In this document: positions 28,278-32,000 of the stretch, in pieces
Position numbering within the stretch: the stretch's first letter is position 1
Layout of the letters: every line of letters starts with the position of its first letter
Source: Candidatus Hadarchaeota archaeon
GTDB lineage: Archaea > Hadarchaeota > Hadarchaeia > Hadarchaeales > Hadarchaeaceae
Assembly (NCBI GenBank): GCA_964514965.1
Contig: CAZETV010000001.1
Coordinates: 510,001 to 542,000, forward strand
Length of the DNA stretch: 32,000 nucleotides
Direction of reading: 5' to 3'
Notes under the pieces: generated by a model
Told to the model about the DNA's origin: nothing
The model's database searches: none
What the model saw: only the letters and a program-made list of their open reading frames with translations
Made by a program: the position numbers and the translations under genes

Positions 28278-29870
28278 ATGGGGAAAAAATCTCAGACCCG
28301 GGATGCGATTTTGGCCGCGCTGTCCGACGGCAGGTCCAAGAGCCACCGGGACATCGTCAAGAAAACTGGGCTCACCCCGAGTGCCGTGTGGAACACCCTT
28401 CTCAGGTTCTGGAAGGAAGGGGCGGTCCTGCGCACGAAGGAGCCCATCTGCGAATCCGAAAAAGTGTTTCGAGGACGGGCTGGCTTCGTCAGGATCCTGA
28501 GGCCCTATCACCTCTACCTGCTGAAGCCCGAGGAGAGGGGGCAGTTGACCCCCGATGGGCACCAGTTCGTGGGCTTTTCGAAAAAATATCTCGACGTTAG
28601 GGGGGGCGGTAAGGAGAGCAAGGCCAAACTCATTTTGAACATCCTCAAGAAGAACTCGCGCAGGGCTTGGTTCTCGAAGGAAATAGCGGATGCCCTCAAG
28701 GACAGGGGAGTCAAACCCCGCGATGTTATGTCGAACGTCCGGAGATACGAAAGGGCAGGCCTCGTTTACGTCCGGGGCTACCGCACGGAGGAGAGGGAAA
28801 CCCCCTTCAAGGAGGGCTACCTGATAACTTGGGTGGACCAGGCCAAGCCCAGGCAGCGGGCGCTGGACGAGGCGATCGGGCGGACGAGCCTAGCCCTAGA
28901 GAAAAATCGCCTGAGCAGCCCCCTCGTGCAGAGGATCCACATGGTCAGGGACATCATCATGGAATCCTCAAAGCTGAGGGAGCTCGTCGGCACCGCCTAC
29001 ATCCAAAACAAGCTCGGGTGCTCCGAGTACGAGGCCGAGGGGGCGATCACCAGGGCTTTCCAGCTTTATCCAGATCTCAGGGAGGTGAAGCTGTTCAACG
29101 CGTACAAGTACTTCTACCACCCGTCAATGGGCGAGGTGGAGCTCCGAACCGCAATAAAGATGAAGGAGAACTACGTGCGCATCGTGAAGGGCAGGGACAA
29201 CCGCGTGGGGCACAACTGGGAGGCCGTGCCCGAGTGGTTCATCGATAAGTTTACCACGGGTGCTAGGTTCTGGACTCAAGAGCACCGGACGAAGGGGATG
29301 GACCCGAGGCGGATAGCCCTGTACCTGATCAAGCCAGTCGGGGAAAGGAGGAACAGCGCCGAGGTCGACCGGGTCTGGGAGGTGACTCCCGGGGTTTTCT
29401 CCAACCCCGTGACCTACGTGCTCTCGTGCAAGTGGGGCCTAGTGAACAAGAGGGATGTCGACGACTTCCTGGAGGTGCTGAAGTGGAGCAAGGAGTTCGG
29501 GGTCAACACGCCCGACGGGAGGCGGGTGAAGCAGGGCGTGATAGGGATATTCGCGGCAGGCTCGTTTAACCCCAAGGAAGGGGTGAAGCTGAAGGACGGG
29601 ACCCAGGTGAGCCTGGCCACCTACGCGAGCCGGATGAACATCCAGCTCCTGAAGGCCGTCGACTTCAACCAGAGGCTGCACGAGCGGGGATGTCCGAAAG
29701 CCGTAACCGTCCAGAAAATCTGCAAAGTGGCCAAGAATGAGGGAGAGGTCAGGGAGATTCTGGACGCGATCTGGGAGGAGCCCAAGAGAGGCGAAGGAAT
29801 TTTGGGCAAAGCCATGGAGAAGAACAAAGAGCTCTACAAGTTCGAGAGGACGCTCGAGGAAAGCCGATAG
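28278..29870 (+). CDS. Uncharacterised 530-aa protein: N-terminal winged-HTH and C-terminal putative PD-(D/E)XK nuclease-like domain
   Basis: GGGGGGAG before ATG 28278. N-terminal 'RDAILAALSDGRSKSHRDIVKKTGLTPSAVWNTLLRFWKEG' is wHTH-like. Residues about 362-386 'EVDRVWEVTPGVFSNPVTYVLSCKW' resemble the E-x-D ... (E)CK(W) core of restriction-type nucleases. Confidence 0.6.
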   Translation: MGKKSQTRDAILAALSDGRSKSHRDIVKKTGLTPSAVWNTLLRFWKEGAVLRTKEPICESEKVFRGRAGFVRILRPYHLYLLKPEERGQLTPDGHQFVGFSKKYLDVRGGGKESKAKLILNILKKNSRRAWFSKEIADALKDRGVKPRDVMSNVRRYERAGLVYVRGYRTEERETPFKEGYLITWVDQAKPRQRALDEAIGRTSLALEKNRLSSPLVQRIHMVRDIIMESSKLRELVGTAYIQNKLGCSEYEAEGAITRAFQLYPDLREVKLFNAYKYFYHPSMGEVELRTAIKMKENYVRIVKGRDNRVGHNWEAVPEWFIDKFTTGARFWTQEHRTKGMDPRRIALYLIKPVGERRNSAEVDRVWEVTPGVFSNPVTYVLSCKWGLVNKRDVDDFLEVLKWSKEFGVNTPDGRRVKQGVIGIFAAGSFNPKEGVKLKDGTQVSLATYASRMNIQLLKAVDFNQRLHERGCPKAVTVQKICKVAKNEGEVREILDAIWEEPKRGEGILGKAMEKNKELYKFERTLEESR

Positions 29871-29888
29871 CGTTCCGAACTCAATGAA

Positions 29889-29917
29889 GGGCGGGCCTCA
29901 TCGGGATTTGAACCCGG
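29889..29917 (-). other. Orphan tRNA T-arm-like / 3'-end-like motif, no matching 5' half found
   Basis: Minus-strand CCGGGTTCAAATCCCGATGAGGCCCGCCC contains a perfect B-box-like GGTTCAAATCC with 4-bp CGGG/CCCG stem. No complementary acceptor strand within about 200 nt upstream on that strand. Confidence 0.4.
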
Positions 29918-29932
29918 ATTTTGTGCTCCAGA

Positions 29933-29949
29933 AGATTTACGGAAAATCT
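29933..29949. other. Inverted repeat in non-coding region
   Basis: AGATTT-ACGGA-AAATCT, 6-bp perfect stem, 5-nt loop. Confidence 0.5.
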
Positions 29950-29996
29950 CCTCGGAAAATGTTGGTTTGTCGGAATCTCTTGGTATGGGGGCATGT

Positions 29997-30019
29997 GCAA
30001 GCTGTTGTCTGAAGCTTGC
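29997..30019. other. Inverted repeat in non-coding region
   Basis: GCAAGC-TGTTGTCTGAA-GCTTGC, 6-bp perfect stem, 11-nt loop. Confidence 0.5.
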
Positions 30020-30109
30020 CGCTCAGGCAAAGGTAGTGAGCTAAGACATTTGTCCGGTTAGCTTCTAGAGGGATTAGAGTTAATAGTTTTACGATTTTAT
30101 CAATTACTG

Positions 30110-32000
30110 GTGAGTAAAATTTCAGAAACTGAGCAACATCGTAGACTAAAGGAGCTTTTAGCTGAAAAACTGAAAGAATGGTTCGGCGTTTGTGTACCAG
30201 AGTACCCTTCAGCTGGCCATGAACTGGACATATTTGGCGTCACGCCAGAAGGCGTCTCTATCTATATTGAGATAATATGGTCTCCATCAAGAACTCATTT
30301 TTTGAATGACATAAATATGCTTCAACAATCTGATGCAGACGTAAAAGTGGCGATTGCGAGTCCTGAAATAATCTCAAAAGAGGAGTTTCGCAGGGAATTT
30401 TCGAAAGTTGCTATTGCGCAGCGTCGCGAAGGGCAAGTATTCCATGGAGAGATGTTGAACGGTGAGAAAATTCTTCAAAACAAGGGTTTTATGGACAGTG
30501 ATCTGAAGGGACTCTTTACACAGCTGGTAGCACAAGTAGCACCGTTAAAGAAAAGACCTCCTAGACCAAAGTTAAAGTTCCCCCAACCTCAAATCTCCGA
30601 TACTTTGCCTGATGAGATAAGTGACAGACTTCTATCAAACCTGTTTCCGGTAGCCAGTATGCCTAAGTTTCCAGATGTGGAACAACGGCGCTTAATGGAG
30701 TTTTTGAACAACGCCCTTTATACGTACCTGAAATCAAACCCGAGTTTGCAACAGCATCCCATATTTAGAAGCACCTATTTTTACAAGCCGGATAATAGCA
30801 AGCCGAGGGTGGTCGATGGGCGAATCGTAGCATCGCCAGAATATCTGCCTTCCGGGGAGCTACACTATTGGGTGCACGACTCTGTAACTTTGAGGTTTGT
30901 CGCGTTAGAAGAGATGATTTTTCTACTTGTGGAGCCATGTTACGTTTTCACCGAGGATGAGGAGAAGTTACTTCCCAAAGAAAAAGCCGGGCCACTTACA
31001 ACCAAAAAAATTGCCCATGAGTTCAACAGGCAATATTTGCAGCACATAAGATTTTGGATTTCTACTCTCGCAACTGACAAAGATAAAATTACAATACCAA
31101 CTAGTCTGGGCTCGATAGTTATTTCTGTAAGCGAAGCTGGGGTAAGTGTAAACTTTGGGGGGGGGAGTCAGGTGAATTCTCAACATGATTTCCAAAGCTG
31201 GCATGTAAATGAGCCGGAATTGTTTTTCGGAGGCGGTAATAGACATGTCGACCAGAAAATCGGACTCACACTTTACGGGCCAGCCCAGCTTCCTGATAAG
31301 GCCGATCTCATAAAGTCGATTAATGTGGGGATCGTGGGTACAGGTGAAACAGTTGGTCTCGCCGAAATGTGGATGGAAAAACTAAAGCGTGAGATACCAA
31401 GCAAAAAAGAGTCTGTACATTCTCCTTCATTCATGGGATTTGAAAAGACGTTCAATTGCGTACTTAATGTCGCAGATCAATGGAAAGAGATCATCCCTGA
31501 AAAAGAGATACAGCAACTTGCAGATCTAGAAAAATATAAAGATTGCGTAAATAAAGCTGTCGATTTGTTTGTAGAAAGGCTCCAAAGCTTGGTAGAACGA
31601 GAGCCGCGACCGCAAATCGTTATCTGTGCCATACCTCAAGCTCTTATACGTATAATCGGCAGTCGAAAAACATCTGTAGCAGTTCCAGAAGAAAATGATG
31701 TTGCGGATCCTCTACCCGAAGCGATAGATTTCCGGAGAGCATTGAAAGCTAAGGCGATGGGATTTGGGATACCAACTCAGCTGGCTAAAGAGAGTACATT
31801 TACAGGAAAGACGACCACAGAGGAAAGGCCATTACAAGATGAAGCTATGAGAGCTTGGAACTTCTCTGTTGCTCTGTACTATAAGGCTGGAGGGCTTCCG
31901 TGGAGATTGGCAGAGGCTTCTCCAAGGACTTGCTATATCGGCGTATCTTTCTACAGGGAATATTTTCTAAGCGCAGCCAGAACAAGAACCAGTTTAGTTC
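30110..32000 (+). CDS. Single-chain short-type prokaryotic Argonaute fusion: N-terminal restriction-nuclease-like domain, APAZ-like region, MID and start of PIWI; C-terminus beyond the right edge
   Basis: Manual translation from GTG 30110, open for 630 codons: VSKISETEQHRRLKELLAEKLKEWFGVCVPEYPSAGHELDIFGVTPEGVSIYIEIIWS... (nuclease-like); GELHYWVHDSVTLRFVALEEMIFLLVEPCYVFTEDEEKLL...NRQYLQHIRFWISTLA (APAZ-like); PELFFGGGNRHVDQKIGLTLYGPAQLPDKADLIKSINVGIVG...RPQIVICAIPQALIRII...FRRALKAKAMGFGIPTQLAKESTF (MID-like); LQDEAMRAWNFSVALYYKAGGLPWRLAEASPRTCYIGVSFYREYF (PIWI start). Absent from the supplied ORF track. Confidence 0.85.
   Translation, partial: MSKISETEQHRRLKELLAEKLKEWFGVCVPEYPSAGHELDIFGVTPEGVSIYIEIIWSPSRTHFLNDINMLQQSDADVKVAIASPEIISKEEFRREFSKVAIAQRREGQVFHGEMLNGEKILQNKGFMDSDLKGLFTQLVAQVAPLKKRPPRPKLKFPQPQISDTLPDEISDRLLSNLFPVASMPKFPDVEQRRLMEFLNNALYTYLKSNPSLQQHPIFRSTYFYKPDNSKPRVVDGRIVASPEYLPSGELHYWVHDSVTLRFVALEEMIFLLVEPCYVFTEDEEKLLPKEKAGPLTTKKIAHEFNRQYLQHIRFWISTLATDKDKITIPTSLGSIVISVSEAGVSVNFGGGSQVNSQHDFQSWHVNEPELFFGGGNRHVDQKIGLTLYGPAQLPDKADLIKSINVGIVGTGETVGLAEMWMEKLKREIPSKKESVHSPSFMGFEKTFNCVLNVADQWKEIIPEKEIQQLADLEKYKDCVNKAVDLFVERLQSLVEREPRPQIVICAIPQALIRIIGSRKTSVAVPEENDVADPLPEAIDFRRALKAKAMGFGIPTQLAKESTFTGKTTTEERPLQDEAMRAWNFSVALYYKAGGLPWRLAEASPRTCYIGVSFYREYFLSAARTRTSLV

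Noticed and set aside
28224-29681. Track ORFs 28224-28562 (-), 28667-29248 (+), 28514-28714 (-) and 29414-29681 inside the 530-aa gene region
   Set aside because: GC-rich shadow frames of 28278-29870. The chosen frame has a strong Shine-Dalgarno sequence and structured domains.
29737-30012. Track ORF 29737-30012 (+), 91 aa
   Set aside because: Overlaps the 3' part of the 530-aa ORF in another frame and then reads through the tRNA-like motif; low-complexity R/K/S-rich start, no supporting signal.
29902-30060. A complete tRNA (e.g. Gln CTG, Arg TCT or Sec) on the minus strand ending at the orphan T-arm
   Set aside because: The T-stem has a mismatch at 49-65, no complementary 5' acceptor exists nearby, and the anticodon-loop-like TTCTGGA has no stem partner. 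Kept only as an orphan tRNA-like motif.
30968-31455. Track ORFs 30968-31246 (-) and 31273-31455 (+)
   Set aside because: Antisense or out of frame relative to the long Argonaute frame starting at 30110, which shows clear domain-like sequence throughout.
1-32000. CRISPR array, IS element or rRNA genes
   Set aside because: No regularly spaced direct repeats, no transposase-like ORF and no rRNA-like sequence were recognised in the window.

Overview
The window is archaeal: GatD/GatE, archaeal histone, Sec61-beta, Hel308, Elp3, Tsr3, PINc-ATPase and an intron-containing tRNA. Positions 1-27914 are mostly core metabolic and informational genes. These include gatE (cut by the left edge) and gatD, treT plus a DUF5752-like gene, a GTP-type PEPCK divergent from an Lrp/AsnC regulator, a run prs-tktN-tktC-rpe-tal, an ADP-dependent sugar kinase, purA, htpX and others. 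The right end (28016-32000) is different. It holds a tRNA-Phe(GAA) gene that reads as mature only if two introns are removed (32 nt after position 30, 14 nt after position 37). Next is a 530-aa wHTH plus putative PD-(D/E)XK protein of distinct composition, then a structured non-coding stretch with an orphan tRNA T-arm-like motif. Last is a long GTG-started ORF (30110 to beyond 32000) that is missing from the supplied ORF track because it has no stop in the window. My translation reads as a single-chain fusion of an N-terminal restriction-nuclease-like domain, an APAZ-like region and the MID plus start of PIWI of a short-type prokaryotic Argonaute. This is the best candidate for an unusual defence system. 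All family assignments are by eye; no searches were run.
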